A stretch of 64,000 nucleotides of DNA from an uncultured delta proteobacterium (lineage in GTDB: Bacteria > Myxococcota_A > Polyangia > Polyangiales > Polyangiaceae), in the NCBI GenBank assembly GCA_963850305.1, contig CAWKKR010000007.1, forward strand, positions 32,001 to 96,000. Reading direction: 5' to 3'. A model generated the notes under the pieces. It did not search any database and had not been told where the DNA came from. It saw only the letters and a program-made list of their open reading frames with translations. The position numbers and the translations under genes are program-made. Position 1 is the first letter of the stretch; each line of letters opens with the position of its first letter. Below, one piece after another: positions 50,891 to 60,317 of the stretch.

Positions 50891-52242
50891 TCCTTCATCC
50901 CCATGTTCAGACCGTGGTTCGCCGGCTGCGCGGGTTCGGCGACGGGCGCGGGGATCGCGTGAGGTTTCGCGTGGGAGTGGGATGGAGCGCGGCGGGTCGG
51001 TGGAGTGAGAGGGGAAGGGGGGACGACTGCGGGAGCGGGAGCGGGAGCGGGAGCGGGAGCGGGAGCGAGAGCGGGAGCGAGAGCGGGGGAAGAGGCGGGG
51101 GCGGGGGAAGAGGCGGGGGCGGGGGAAGAGGCGGGGGTTGAATGCTGGGTGCGCCAGAGGAGAGCTGCACCGAGGACGACGGTGAGCGTCGCGGCCGTCG
51201 CGATGGCGACGAGGGGCGTCTTCGGTTTCGGGCGCGTGCCCATCTGCGAATGGGTCCACGTCGATGACGTCGCCTGCATGCGGCCCGACGACGTCGCCTG
51301 GGCTCCGGGCGGCGGCACGGACGCGCCGAGGACGCGGGAAATGCGTTCGAGGGAGATCTCGCTGCGCGGGGGACCGAACGGCGCGAGTGCCGCGGCAAAC
51401 TTCGCGACGTCGGGGAAGCGCTGCCCCATTTCGCGACGAAGGCACCGATCGATGACCGCCGCGAGCTCGGGCGGCACGTCGGCACGCTTCTCGAGGATCG
51501 GCGGAGGATCGCGCTGCGTCACCATGAACACGATCTCGGGCATCGTGTCCGCGACGAACGGCGGGGCTCCGGTCAAAAGCTCGTAGAGAATGATGCCGAG
51601 GGCCCAGATGTCCGACCGCGCGTCGACATCCTTGGCGGACATCATTTGCTCGGGTGCCATGTAGTAGGGCGAGCCCATCATCGCGGACGTCTGGGTGAGG
51701 CCGCCGGGCCCGCTGTCGTTCGTCTTCGAGATGCCGAAATCGAGCACCTTGACGGTCGGAGCTCCGGCGGCCCGGCGGGCGAGGAACAGATTCGCCGGCT
51801 TCAGATCGCGATGCACCATGCCGAGCGCGTGGGCTTCGGCGATCGCTTCGCAGGCTTGAAGGACATAACCGACGGCTTGCTGCACCGGGAGCGCACCCCC
51901 TTGTTCCAGCGTTTCGGCGAGGTCGTGACCGTCGAGAAACTCCATCACCATGTACGGGCAGCCCCCCGGCAATGTCCCCACGTCCATGACGCGCGCCACA
52001 TGCTCGCTCTGGATCTGCGCCGCCGCGCGGGCTTCGCGCGCGAAACGTTCGATGACCTGGGGGTTGCCGAGCGCGGCGGGGAGCAGGAATTTGATCGCGA
52101 CGCGCTGGCTGAGCTGTGTGTGCGTCGCGAGCACGACGATCCCCATGCCGCCCGCGCCGAGGACGCGATCTACGCGGTACTTGCCGTCGAGGGTGTCGCC
52201 CGCTTGGACCGGGGCGATCTCGTGGGACGACACGGGAGGCAT
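50887..52242 (-). CDS. Hanks-type Ser/Thr protein kinase
   Basis: GAGGMG, VAIK, HRDLKPAN, DFG, GSPYYMAPE; TM helix; Pro/Ala tail. Confidence 0.95.
   Translation of the reverse strand: MPPVSSHEIAPVQAGDTLDGKYRVDRVLGAGGMGIVVLATHTQLSQRVAIKFLLPAALGNPQVIERFAREARAAAQIQSEHVARVMDVGTLPGGCPYMVMEFLDGHDLAETLEQGGALPVQQAVGYVLQACEAIAEAHALGMVHRDLKPANLFLARRAAGAPTVKVLDFGISKTNDSGPGGLTQTSAMMGSPYYMAPEQMMSAKDVDARSDIWALGIILYELLTGAPPFVADTMPEIVFMVTQRDPPPILEKRADVPPELAAVIDRCLRREMGQRFPDVAKFAAALAPFGPPRSEISLERISRVLGASVPPPGAQATSSGRMQATSSTWTHSQMGTRPKPKTPLVAIATAATLTVVLGAALLWRTQHSTPASSPAPASSPAPASSPALAPALAPAPAPAPAPAPAVVPPSPLTPPTRRAPSHSHAKPHAIPAPVAEPAQPANHGLNMGMKE
51030..51137. repeat. 6-bp and 18-bp coding tandem repeats in the kinase tail
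   Basis: (GCGGGA)n and (GGGGAAGAGGCGGGGGCG) about x3, encoding APAPAP and PASSPA. Confidence 0.85.
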
Positions 52243-53549
52243 CAGTTCGAGACCTTGAGGAGGGCGTTCACGGAGCCGTTCGTGTCGGCGACGTAGACGC
52301 TCGTTGCGTCGACGGCGAGGGCGTTCGGCGCGCCGTTCGAGCCGCTGCCGCACGCGCCCGTGCACGTGAAGGCGGGCGTTCCGGCCGTGAGATTTCCAGC
52401 GACCGGCACCGCGGGGCCACCGGCGATCGGGACCTTCCACACGGCGGTGTCGGTCGACCAATAGACGTCGTTCGCGCCGAGTGCGATCGCGCCCGACTCG
52501 CCGGAGAACTGCGCGAGGATGGTCTGCGGGCCGCCGTCGAGCGGGATCTTGGCGATCGTTCCGGTGGGAGGGTGATTGTCCTGGTTCGAGTTGTCGGAGC
52601 AGTTGCAACAGCCGCATCCGCTCCCCAGAACGTAGATGTTCGCATCGTCCGCGGCGAACGCGCTCGAACCCTCCGTGTTCACGGTCACCGCAATCTGGCT
52701 CGATGCACTCCCGTCGAGCGGAAGCACTTCGAATCGTTCGGGGCCGTTGCTCTCGGAAAGCTGGAAAATAGCGGAGGATGAATTGATGACCAGGCGGTCG
52801 TTGCCGGTCTGCACGGTTCCGAGCGTGGTTTGCGTCCCGCCGCCCTTGGGGATCTCGCTGAGGGTCGCTGCGCAGTTGCCCCCGCAGTTTTGCTCGCTCG
52901 AAAGCCAGTACACGTTGCTCGCATCTACGGCGACCGCGCCGCAGCCATTGTTGGAGCTGGACTTAGAGTTCGCGTTCGGCACGAGCACGGTGCGCGAAGA
53001 GTCCGTCAGCGAAAGCTGGGTGAGGCCGCCGTCGCCGCCGTTGAAGCCGTTCGACCAGTAGTAGAGATGGTCGGTGTCGACCGCAAAGGACCCCGGCCCG
53101 CAGATCTGCGCATCGTTCTGCACGAGGGGGACCAGGGTCCCTCCGTTCGTCGGGATCGAGCCGATCCCATTTTCGCCGTTCGCGGCCAGGAAGAGCGAGC
53201 CGCCAGCGATCGTGATCTGGGAGTCCTGTGAGCCTCCGAGCGCGGGAATCGTGGTGAGCGTCGTGGCGGCCGCGCCGCACGCCGACCCGGAGCACGCCGC
53301 GCCGAGCGGACAGACGTTGCCACACGACCCACAATTGAGGCCGTCGTCATCGAGCTCGGTCTCGCAGAGATTCTCTCGGGGGTTCACGCAGCTCGCGTAG
53401 CCGGGGAGACAATCGTATGGGCCGTCGAAGTTCTTCGCGCAGCTCGTAGCGACGACCCCCGCCCACACGAGGGCCGCCGAAGTATGCTCGAACGCCCGCC
53501 AGTGCCGGCGCCCCGCCAGCAAGGAACGCATCACCCCGCAGCGTATCAC
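52242..53549 (-). CDS. Cys-rich lipoprotein with beta-propeller (DUF5050-like) repeats
   Basis: ATSC lipobox; NCGSCGNVC; repeated AVD..YW and IP..GG. Confidence 0.8.
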   Translation of the reverse strand: MIRCGVMRSLLAGRRHWRAFEHTSAALVWAGVVATSCAKNFDGPYDCLPGYASCVNPRENLCETELDDDGLNCGSCGNVCPLGAACSGSACGAAATTLTTIPALGGSQDSQITIAGGSLFLAANGENGIGSIPTNGGTLVPLVQNDAQICGPGSFAVDTDHLYYWSNGFNGGDGGLTQLSLTDSSRTVLVPNANSKSSSNNGCGAVAVDASNVYWLSSEQNCGGNCAATLSEIPKGGGTQTTLGTVQTGNDRLVINSSSAIFQLSESNGPERFEVLPLDGSASSQIAVTVNTEGSSAFAADDANIYVLGSGCGCCNCSDNSNQDNHPPTGTIAKIPLDGGPQTILAQFSGESGAIALGANDVYWSTDTAVWKVPIAGGPAVPVAGNLTAGTPAFTCTGACGSGSNGAPNALAVDATSVYVADTNGSVNALLKVSN

Positions 53550-53739
53550 GGTCGAGCAGGCCGGCGAACCCGGGCGCGCCGCCGTGCGGATAGCGCCCCC
53601 GAAAAGTGATTCACTTCCCTCGGACGACGGATCTCGTGCTTCGTCCGCTTCGCGCAGCGCGGATGACGGGGCGCGGGCCGTCGGCGGGGGACCGCGTCCG
53701 CGCTGACGGTGTGGCTCCAGATCCCGGGCCCCAAATGAC

Positions 53740-53766
53740 GACGGGCCTCCTCTCGGAAGCCCGTCG
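53740..53766. terminator. GC hairpin downstream of the SDR gene
   Basis: GACGGGC..TCC-tctc-GGA..GCCCGTC; weak U-tract. Confidence 0.45.
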
Positions 53767-53786
53767 CTTCGGATGAGCGTGCGAGA

Positions 53787-54677
53787 TCAGCTCGAGAAGA
53801 TCTTCATCGAGGCGGCGCCGCCCATGGTGAATTCATCCGCGCCGCTCATGTCGGTGATCTTGGCGAGCGCGGCTTCGACCTGCTCCGGCGTGACGTTGTC
53901 CCCGAGCTTGGCGCCCTTCGCTTCCATGATGGCGACCTTGCTGTAGTGCCCTGCCCCGGCTTCGATGATGAGCCCGGTCGGGGCGTTCTCGCTCGCGAGG
54001 AACAGAACGGCCGGGGTCACGAGCTCGGGCTTGAGCTTCTTGAAGAACTCCTCGGGAATGCCGAGGCCTTCGGTCATGCGCGTCGCGGCGATGGGCGCGA
54101 TGGCGTTGACCTTGACGTTCTTCTTCTCGCCCTCGATCTTGAGGGTGTTCATGAGGCCGATGACGCCGAGCTTCGCCGCGCCGTAGTTCGATTGGCCGAA
54201 GTTGCCGTAGAGTCCCGACGAGGAGGTCGTCATGACGATGCGGCCGTAGCCCTTCTCGTTCATGACGGGCCAGGCGGCCTTCGTCACGTAAACGGACCCG
54301 AGCAGATGGACGCTGAGGATCAGCTCGAAGTCTTCGAGCGTGACCTTGCTGAACGACTTGTCGCGGAGGATGCCGGCGTTGTTGATGAGAATGTCGACCG
54401 TGCCGAAGGCCTTCACGGCGTCGGCGACGATGCTCTCCGCGCCCTTCCTGTCGGAGACGGAAGCGCCGTTGGCGATCGCCTCGCCTCCAGCCTTCTTGAT
54501 TTCCTCGACGACTGCTTGCGCGGCCGCGCTCGAACCGCCTGAACCGTCGACCGAGCTGCCGAGGTCGTTCACGACGACCTTGGCTCCGCGCTTGGCGAGC
54601 TCGAGCGCGTGGTTTTTGCCGAGTCCGGCGCCCGCGCCCGTGACGATCGCGACCTTACCCTTGAAGTCGATGCTCAT
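53787..54677 (-). CDS. SDR oxidoreductase, MFE-2-type 3-hydroxyacyl-CoA dehydrogenase
   Basis: TGAGAGLG, VVVNDLG, NNAGILRDKSF, GNFGQSNYGAAK. Confidence 0.92.
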   Translation of the reverse strand: MSIDFKGKVAIVTGAGAGLGKNHALELAKRGAKVVVNDLGSSVDGSGGSSAAAQAVVEEIKKAGGEAIANGASVSDRKGAESIVADAVKAFGTVDILINNAGILRDKSFSKVTLEDFELILSVHLLGSVYVTKAAWPVMNEKGYGRIVMTTSSSGLYGNFGQSNYGAAKLGVIGLMNTLKIEGEKKNVKVNAIAPIAATRMTEGLGIPEEFFKKLKPELVTPAVLFLASENAPTGLIIEAGAGHYSKVAIMEAKGAKLGDNVTPEQVEAALAKITDMSGADEFTMGGAASMKIFSS

Positions 54678-54767
54678 TTATCGTTTCTCCCGTGACAAGA
54701 GGCTCCGTGGGTTATGCCGCGACCCCGACCGCGTCAACCCAAATGGGACTTTCCGAGGGTTCCCGTG

Positions 54768-54990
54768 GGTCAGCTGGGCGGGTGAGGCGCGGAAGCGTGC
54801 GAACGCACGCTGAGCACCGAGAGCGCCCGGATGGCCATGTCCACGAAGCAAGGGGGCCAAAGTGGAGGCGGTCGGGATCGCGAAGACGGCATGGTCAGCT
54901 GGGCGGGTGAGGCGCGGAAGCGTGCGAACGCACGCTGAGCACCGAGAGCGCCCAGATGGCCGTGCCCTCGAAGCGAGGCCGACCACCTCC
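54768..54990. repeat. Two ~85-bp palindromic repeats (REP/MITE-like)
   Basis: 54768-54852 vs 54893-54977, first 61 nt identical; central AGCGTGCG-aa-CGCACGCT. Confidence 0.9.
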
Positions 54991-54993
54991 GCC

Positions 54994-55956
54994 TCACTGG
55001 AAGGCGCAGTCTTGTTGCCAGTACTTATTCGCGAGGTACCGCTGAGCGCGTCTCTTCGCGAGGACGTTGCTGAGACGCTGCTCGGGCATCGTGTCACCGG
55101 CGGCCATCACGTCGTTCAATGCGGCGAAGTAGTCCTTCTTGTCGCGCTTGGGGCAGTAATAATACTGCGCCATCGTGACCTTGGCGGTCATCAGCTTGCC
55201 GCCGCCGATCTGAAGCGCGTGATCGAAGTCGGCCTTCGCCGAGTCATAGTCGTGCAGTCCCGCGTGAGCGGCGCCGAGCATCGCGTACGGCGTTCCGTTC
55301 TCGATGTTCGGATCGAGCTTCACGACCTGCTCGAGTATCGCGATACCGATCCAGAGCTCGGACACGGTCTCCGGATTGTCCATGTCGAAGTTCACGCGGC
55401 CGACGATGGAGAACGCGAACCACAGGAGCTGCTCCGCATACTTCTTGTCGTCGTAGTTCTTCTGAAGCCAGGCGCGGAGCGTGTCCTCGTTTCGTTGCGC
55501 GTCCTTGAAGCCCTTGGTCTGAAGATTGATGAGCTCTTCGCCGTAGAAGCGCGCGCGCTTGAAGCCGGCGCGGGCTCGAGCCGCCTCGTAGTCCGCCAGC
55601 TGGTCGTCCTTCTTGTCGAGCGCGTTCTCCCGTTCGTCGTCCATGAACGCGAACGAAATGCCGGCCCAGCTCTTCTCGAGCAGGAGGAGACCGTCCTGGT
55701 CGTCCGGAACCAGCTTATGAAGGCCCTCGATCATGCCCATGTTGCCGTAGGCGGCATCGCGAGCGTCCTCGAAGTCGTGCATCGTGTTGACGGCCGCGCT
55801 TGCCTCGCGCGTCCAACGCAACGCGTCTTCGTAAATCATGGGCTGCGGGTAAATTCCCGTTTGGATGTAGGCGTATTCTTGAACGCAGCCGCTCGTGCCG
55901 AGAGAAACGGCACCCACGAGAAGCGCGTTGAACAGCCCTCGCTCGAGGAGCCCCAT
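54994..55956 (-). CDS. TatT-like (TRAP-T/TPAT) TPR lipoprotein
   Basis: TSGC lipobox; EGL..L.PD, KRAR.YG, C-terminal SNVLAKRRA.RYL. Confidence 0.7.
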   Translation of the reverse strand: MGLLERGLFNALLVGAVSLGTSGCVQEYAYIQTGIYPQPMIYEDALRWTREASAAVNTMHDFEDARDAAYGNMGMIEGLHKLVPDDQDGLLLLEKSWAGISFAFMDDERENALDKKDDQLADYEAARARAGFKRARFYGEELINLQTKGFKDAQRNEDTLRAWLQKNYDDKKYAEQLLWFAFSIVGRVNFDMDNPETVSELWIGIAILEQVVKLDPNIENGTPYAMLGAAHAGLHDYDSAKADFDHALQIGGGKLMTAKVTMAQYYYCPKRDKKDYFAALNDVMAAGDTMPEQRLSNVLAKRRAQRYLANKYWQQDCAFQ

Positions 55957-56144
55957 GATTTCCGCCAAGGGCTATACCAGGCTCGAAGTCCGGCCTTCAA
56001 GGTGGAAACGGGAGGCGAAGGCGATTCGAGGCTCATTACCCCGGCAATTTCCCCCTGGCGCGCGCGGCCGGGCGCTAGGGGGTGGGCGCTCGGCTCGAGG
56101 CGACGTAGCCTTCACGTGGTCGCGGCTCCACGTCCAGGTCTCCG

Positions 56145-57395
56145 ATGAAGATCATCATCCTGTCGCGTGGCCCGGATCTCTACAGCACTCGCCGCATTCG
56201 AGAGGCTGCCGAGAGTCGCGGGCACGCGGTGTCGGTGCTCTCGCCGCTCAATCTCTCGCTGGAGCTCGAGCAGGGCAAGCCGGCGCTCTTCCACAAGAAC
56301 CGGGAGCTCGGGCCCTGTGATGCCGTGATCCCGCGCATCGGCGCATCGGTGACGGCGTACGGCACGGCGGTCGTGCGGCAGTTCGAGCAGATGGGTGTGT
56401 TCTGCCTCGCCTCGTCCCAGGCCATCGTCGATTCGCGCGACAAACTCCGGTCCTGTCAGATCATGAGCCGTCACGGCATCGGGATGCCGAAGACTGTCGT
56501 CGTACGCCGCCCCGACGGCGTGCTCCCAGCGATCGAGCGCATGGGCGGACCGCCGATCGTCATCAAGCTGCTCGAGGGAACGCAGGGCATCGGGGTGATC
56601 CTGGCGGACAGCACCCGCGTCGCGCAGGCCATCGTGGAGACCCTGCAGGGTCCCGGCGGGAAGAACGTCCTTCTCCAGCAATTCGTGTCGGAGAGTCGCG
56701 GGCGGGACATCCGCGCCTTCGTGATCGGTGGGCGCGTCGTGGCGGCCATGCGGCGCATCGCGAGAGGCGACGAGTTCCGTAGCAACGTGCACCGGGGCGG
56801 TCGCGTGGAAGGGCTGGATCTGGACGAAGACTATGCGCGGACGGCCGTTCAAGCCGCGCAGATCCTCGGACTCCGCGTCGCCGGGGTGGACATGCTCGAG
56901 GGTCGCGACGGGCCGAGCGTGACGGAGGTGAATGCGTCTCCCGGGCTCGAGGGCATCGAGCACGCGACGGGCATCGACGTCGCGGGCGCGATCGTGAAAC
57001 ACGTCGAGGACGAGATGCTCTTCCCGGACGTCGATATCCGCCAGCGTCTGACCCTCAAGGTTGGTTATGGCATCCTCGAGCTCGGCGTCGAAGATGGCAG
57101 CGAGCTCGCGAACGCGACGCTCGCAGAGCTTTGCTTCAGGGAACGCGACATCGTCGTGCTCAGCATCCTGCGCGGCGAAGCCACCATCCCCAACCCGCGC
57201 GAGCATTGCACGATCCTGCCCGGCGACGTGCTCATCTGCTTCGGCAGTACGGCGAGCCTGAAAGCGCTCGCACCCGGCCGGGGGCGCCGGTCGCGTCCGC
57301 CGGCAATCGACGGGCGAGCGGAACCCGATGCGCGCGACGTGCCCGCGCCACCGACCGGCCGCTCACGGCGCGGGCGGGCGCGACAGGGAATTTGA
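56145..57395 (+). CDS. rimK: RimK alpha-L-glutamate ligase with C-terminal TrkA-C (RCK-C) domain
   Basis: LYSTRR, VIPRIGAS, SRDKLRS, KLLEGTQGIGV, FRSNVHRGG, EVNASPGLEGIE; tail VVLSILRG..IPNP..ILPGDVL. Confidence 0.92.
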   Translation: MKIIILSRGPDLYSTRRIREAAESRGHAVSVLSPLNLSLELEQGKPALFHKNRELGPCDAVIPRIGASVTAYGTAVVRQFEQMGVFCLASSQAIVDSRDKLRSCQIMSRHGIGMPKTVVVRRPDGVLPAIERMGGPPIVIKLLEGTQGIGVILADSTRVAQAIVETLQGPGGKNVLLQQFVSESRGRDIRAFVIGGRVVAAMRRIARGDEFRSNVHRGGRVEGLDLDEDYARTAVQAAQILGLRVAGVDMLEGRDGPSVTEVNASPGLEGIEHATGIDVAGAIVKHVEDEMLFPDVDIRQRLTLKVGYGILELGVEDGSELANATLAELCFRERDIVVLSILRGEATIPNPREHCTILPGDVLICFGSTASLKALAPGRGRRSRPPAIDGRAEPDARDVPAPPTGRSRRGRARQGI

Positions 57396-57574
57396 CCCCC
57401 CGCGGCTGACCCCTGAGATCGCTCGCATCCTTTTCCCGTATGCCGTGAGGGTCCAATCCCCGTGACGGCGTCTCGCGCGGAAGGGCCTCTTCCCCCGCGG
57501 CGTGCTGATTTACCCCGATGAGAGCGCGGACTGCGTTACCCTGAGGTGGCCGCTCGTGCTCGAGCCCAGCCCCA

Positions 57575-58036
57575 ATGGAGCGCTCCTCCACCGTCATCGG
57601 CGTCGCCGAATTCGTGGATCTGCCTAAATGGGGAATCGTCGGCCTTCGCGGAAAGATCGACACCGGCGCCAGGACGAGCGCCCTTCACGTGTCGAACATC
57701 CGGGAGATCGGAAACGGTCGCGTCGGTTTCGACGTTCGCTTGCACCGAAGAAAGACGGACAGAACCGTGCACGTCGAGGCGAAGATCCTCCGCCGCGGGC
57801 GGGTGCGGCCGTCGAGCGGGGACGCGCAGACCCGTCTGTTCGTCGCGACGACGCTCCGCATCGGTCCGATCGAGCGCGAAATCGAGCTCAGCCTGGTCGA
57901 TCGAGAGAACATGATCTTCCGCCTCCTCGTGGGCCGCTCGGCGCTCGGCTACGGGTTCCTGGTGGATCCGGCGAGACGGTACGTCCTTTCGCCCAGACCA
58001 CGCCGCCGCCCAAAGGTGAAGGCCCCTTCGCGCTGA
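57575..58036 (+). CDS. RimK-associated retropepsin-like protease (RimB-like)
   Basis: IGVAEFVDLP, KIDTGARTSALH, VRPSSG, DRENMIFRLLVGR. Confidence 0.9.
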   Translation: MERSSTVIGVAEFVDLPKWGIVGLRGKIDTGARTSALHVSNIREIGNGRVGFDVRLHRRKTDRTVHVEAKILRRGRVRPSSGDAQTRLFVATTLRIGPIEREIELSLVDRENMIFRLLVGRSALGYGFLVDPARRYVLSPRPRRRPKVKAPSR

Positions 58037-58863
58037 AGAAGTCGCGAGGCAAGCGACGACGACGCCAGAAGAAATCGCATGGCGGAACCGCGGCCCCGTG
58101 GCTCGAGCACTCGCTCGACGTGCCGATGCTGCGGCAGCCCGACGACACGACGTGCGGCCCGACGTGCCTTCATGCGGTCTACAAGTTCCACGGGGACGAC
58201 GTGCCGCTCGAGGAAGTCGTCGAGGAGACGCCCAGGCTCGACGACGGGGGCACACTGGCGGTGCTCCTCGGCAGCCACGCGCTGCTCCGCGGGTACAAGG
58301 TCACCATCCACACCTACAATCTGCAAGTCTTCGATCCGACCTGGTTCGCAGACGGAGCGCCACCGCTGGCGGGAAAGCTGTTCGCGCTCGCGGAGGGCCG
58401 TACGGATCGCAAGCTGAAGTCGGTCGCGCGCGCGTACGTCAATTACCTCGCGCTCGGCGGCAGGCTCACGTTCGGCGATCTCACCTCGGAGCTCCTCCGG
58501 CGGTACCTGAAGCGCGGCATCCCCGTGTTGACCGGCCTGTCCTCGACGTTCCTGTATCGGTCCGCGCGCGAAATCCCGGGCACGAACGAGGCCGATGACG
58601 TGCTCGGGAGTCCCTCGGGGCACTTCGTCGTGCTCTCCGGGTATCGCGAAGAGACGCGGGAAGTCCGCGTCGCCGATCCCTGGCATCCGAACCCCGTGTC
58701 GAAGACCGGAACCTACTGGGTGACGATGAGCCGGGTCATCAACTCGATTCTCCTCGGCATCGTCACTTACGACGCAAACCTCCTCATCATCGAGCGGAAG
58801 GACGCGCACGCCGCGACCCGCCCGAAGGACGAGTCCCGTGCGAACCATCGTCGTCGTCAGTAA
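58033..58863 (+). CDS. C39-like cysteine peptidase (start uncertain; alternatives 58120 or 58126)
   Basis: QPDDTTCGPTCL, GHFVVLSGY, VADP. Confidence 0.85.
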   Translation: MKKSRGKRRRRQKKSHGGTAAPWLEHSLDVPMLRQPDDTTCGPTCLHAVYKFHGDDVPLEEVVEETPRLDDGGTLAVLLGSHALLRGYKVTIHTYNLQVFDPTWFADGAPPLAGKLFALAEGRTDRKLKSVARAYVNYLALGGRLTFGDLTSELLRRYLKRGIPVLTGLSSTFLYRSAREIPGTNEADDVLGSPSGHFVVLSGYREETREVRVADPWHPNPVSKTGTYWVTMSRVINSILLGIVTYDANLLIIERKDAHAATRPKDESRANHRRRQ

Positions 58864-60310
58864 CCCGAAGGACTGGCCGTTCTCGATCCCCGGTGTGGTG
58901 GTCATGAGCGCGAAAGCCTACCTGACCGAGAGCGAGCCTCAGGAGGGACGGACCACCAAGGTCTTCAATCTCTGCCGGTCCTACCGATATCAGAGCATGG
59001 GGTATTACGTGTCGCTCCTCGCAGCGGCGCGCGGTCACCGTCCGGTGCCGAGCATTTCCACGATCCAGGACATGAAGGCAGCGGAGATCGTCCGCATCCG
59101 CTCCGACGATCTCGAGGGCCTCATCCAGAGCAGCCTCGGGCACATCGTGTCCGACACGTTCGTGCTCAGCATCTACTTCGGGCGCAACGTGGCCCGGCGC
59201 TACGAGCGACTGTGTGCACGACTCTTCGGCTTGTTCCACGCGCCGCTCGTCCGGGCGCAGTTCACGCGGAGCCAGTCCGGGGAGTGGCAGATCCAGCGCG
59301 TCGCGCCGATCTCCGCCGACGAGATCCCGACGCACCATCACGAATTCGTCGTCAAGGCGGCGACCGAGTACTTCGCGACCCGGAAGTGGAACCCGTCACG
59401 CGCGAGCGCCGCCCCATACGATCTGGCGATCCTCTACGACCCCGAAGAGAAAGATCCGCCCTCGGACGAACGCGCGGTCAAGAAATTCATGAAGGCCGCG
59501 CGTGCGTTCGGCATGGAGCCATCCATCGTGAACCGCGACGACTATGCCCGTCTCGGCGAATACGACGCGCTCTTCATCCGCGAAACGACGAACGTCAATC
59601 ACCACACCTATCGCTTCGCGCGTCGCGCCCAGGCCGAAGGGCTCGTCGTCGTCGACGACCCGGAGTCGATCGTCCGCTGCACGAACAAGATCTACCTCGC
59701 CGAGCTCATGACCCGGCACGGCATCCGCACGCCGAAGACCCTCGTCGTCCAGCGCGACGGCGTCCAGCGCGTGCTCGACGAGCTCGGCCTGCCCTGTGTT
59801 CTCAAGCAACCCGACAGCGCCTTCTCGCAGGGCGTCGTCAAGGTGGAGACCGAGCAGGCGCTCTTCGACGAAGCGGAGCGCATCTTGACGAAGAGCGAGC
59901 TCATCGTCGCGCAGGGCTTCATGCCGACCGACTTCGACTGGCGCATCGGCGTCTTCGATGGTCAGCCGATGTGGGCGTGCCGCTATCACATGGCCAACGG
60001 ACACTGGCAGATCGTGCGAAACCTCGGCGGCGGGCAGCGTCGCTCGGGCCGCGTCGAGGCATTTCCGCTCGAAGGCGTCCCGGGCAACGTCGTGAAGACC
60101 GCGGTTCGCGCCGCGGAGCTCATCGGCGACGGTCTCTACGGTGTCGACCTCAAGGAGATCAATCGCAAGGTGTACCTCGTCGAGGTGAACGACAATCCGA
60201 ACATCGACGTCGGTTACGAGGACGGCGTGGCCGGCGATGCCCTCTACAGGAACGTGCTCCAGGTGTTCGCCCGGCGGCTCGAGGCCCTGCACGTCACGCG
60301 ACGAGGATGA
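58838..60310 (+). CDS. Long RimK-like ATP-grasp ligase with RLAN-type N-terminal domain
   Basis: NLCRSYRYQSMGYYVSLLA.ARGH, DALFIRETT, KQPDSAFSQGV, EVNDNPNID. Confidence 0.9.
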   Translation: MRTIVVVSNPKDWPFSIPGVVVMSAKAYLTESEPQEGRTTKVFNLCRSYRYQSMGYYVSLLAAARGHRPVPSISTIQDMKAAEIVRIRSDDLEGLIQSSLGHIVSDTFVLSIYFGRNVARRYERLCARLFGLFHAPLVRAQFTRSQSGEWQIQRVAPISADEIPTHHHEFVVKAATEYFATRKWNPSRASAAPYDLAILYDPEEKDPPSDERAVKKFMKAARAFGMEPSIVNRDDYARLGEYDALFIRETTNVNHHTYRFARRAQAEGLVVVDDPESIVRCTNKIYLAELMTRHGIRTPKTLVVQRDGVQRVLDELGLPCVLKQPDSAFSQGVVKVETEQALFDEAERILTKSELIVAQGFMPTDFDWRIGVFDGQPMWACRYHMANGHWQIVRNLGGGQRRSGRVEAFPLEGVPGNVVKTAVRAAELIGDGLYGVDLKEINRKVYLVEVNDNPNIDVGYEDGVAGDALYRNVLQVFARRLEALHVTRRG

Positions 60311-60317
60311 ACCCCCG

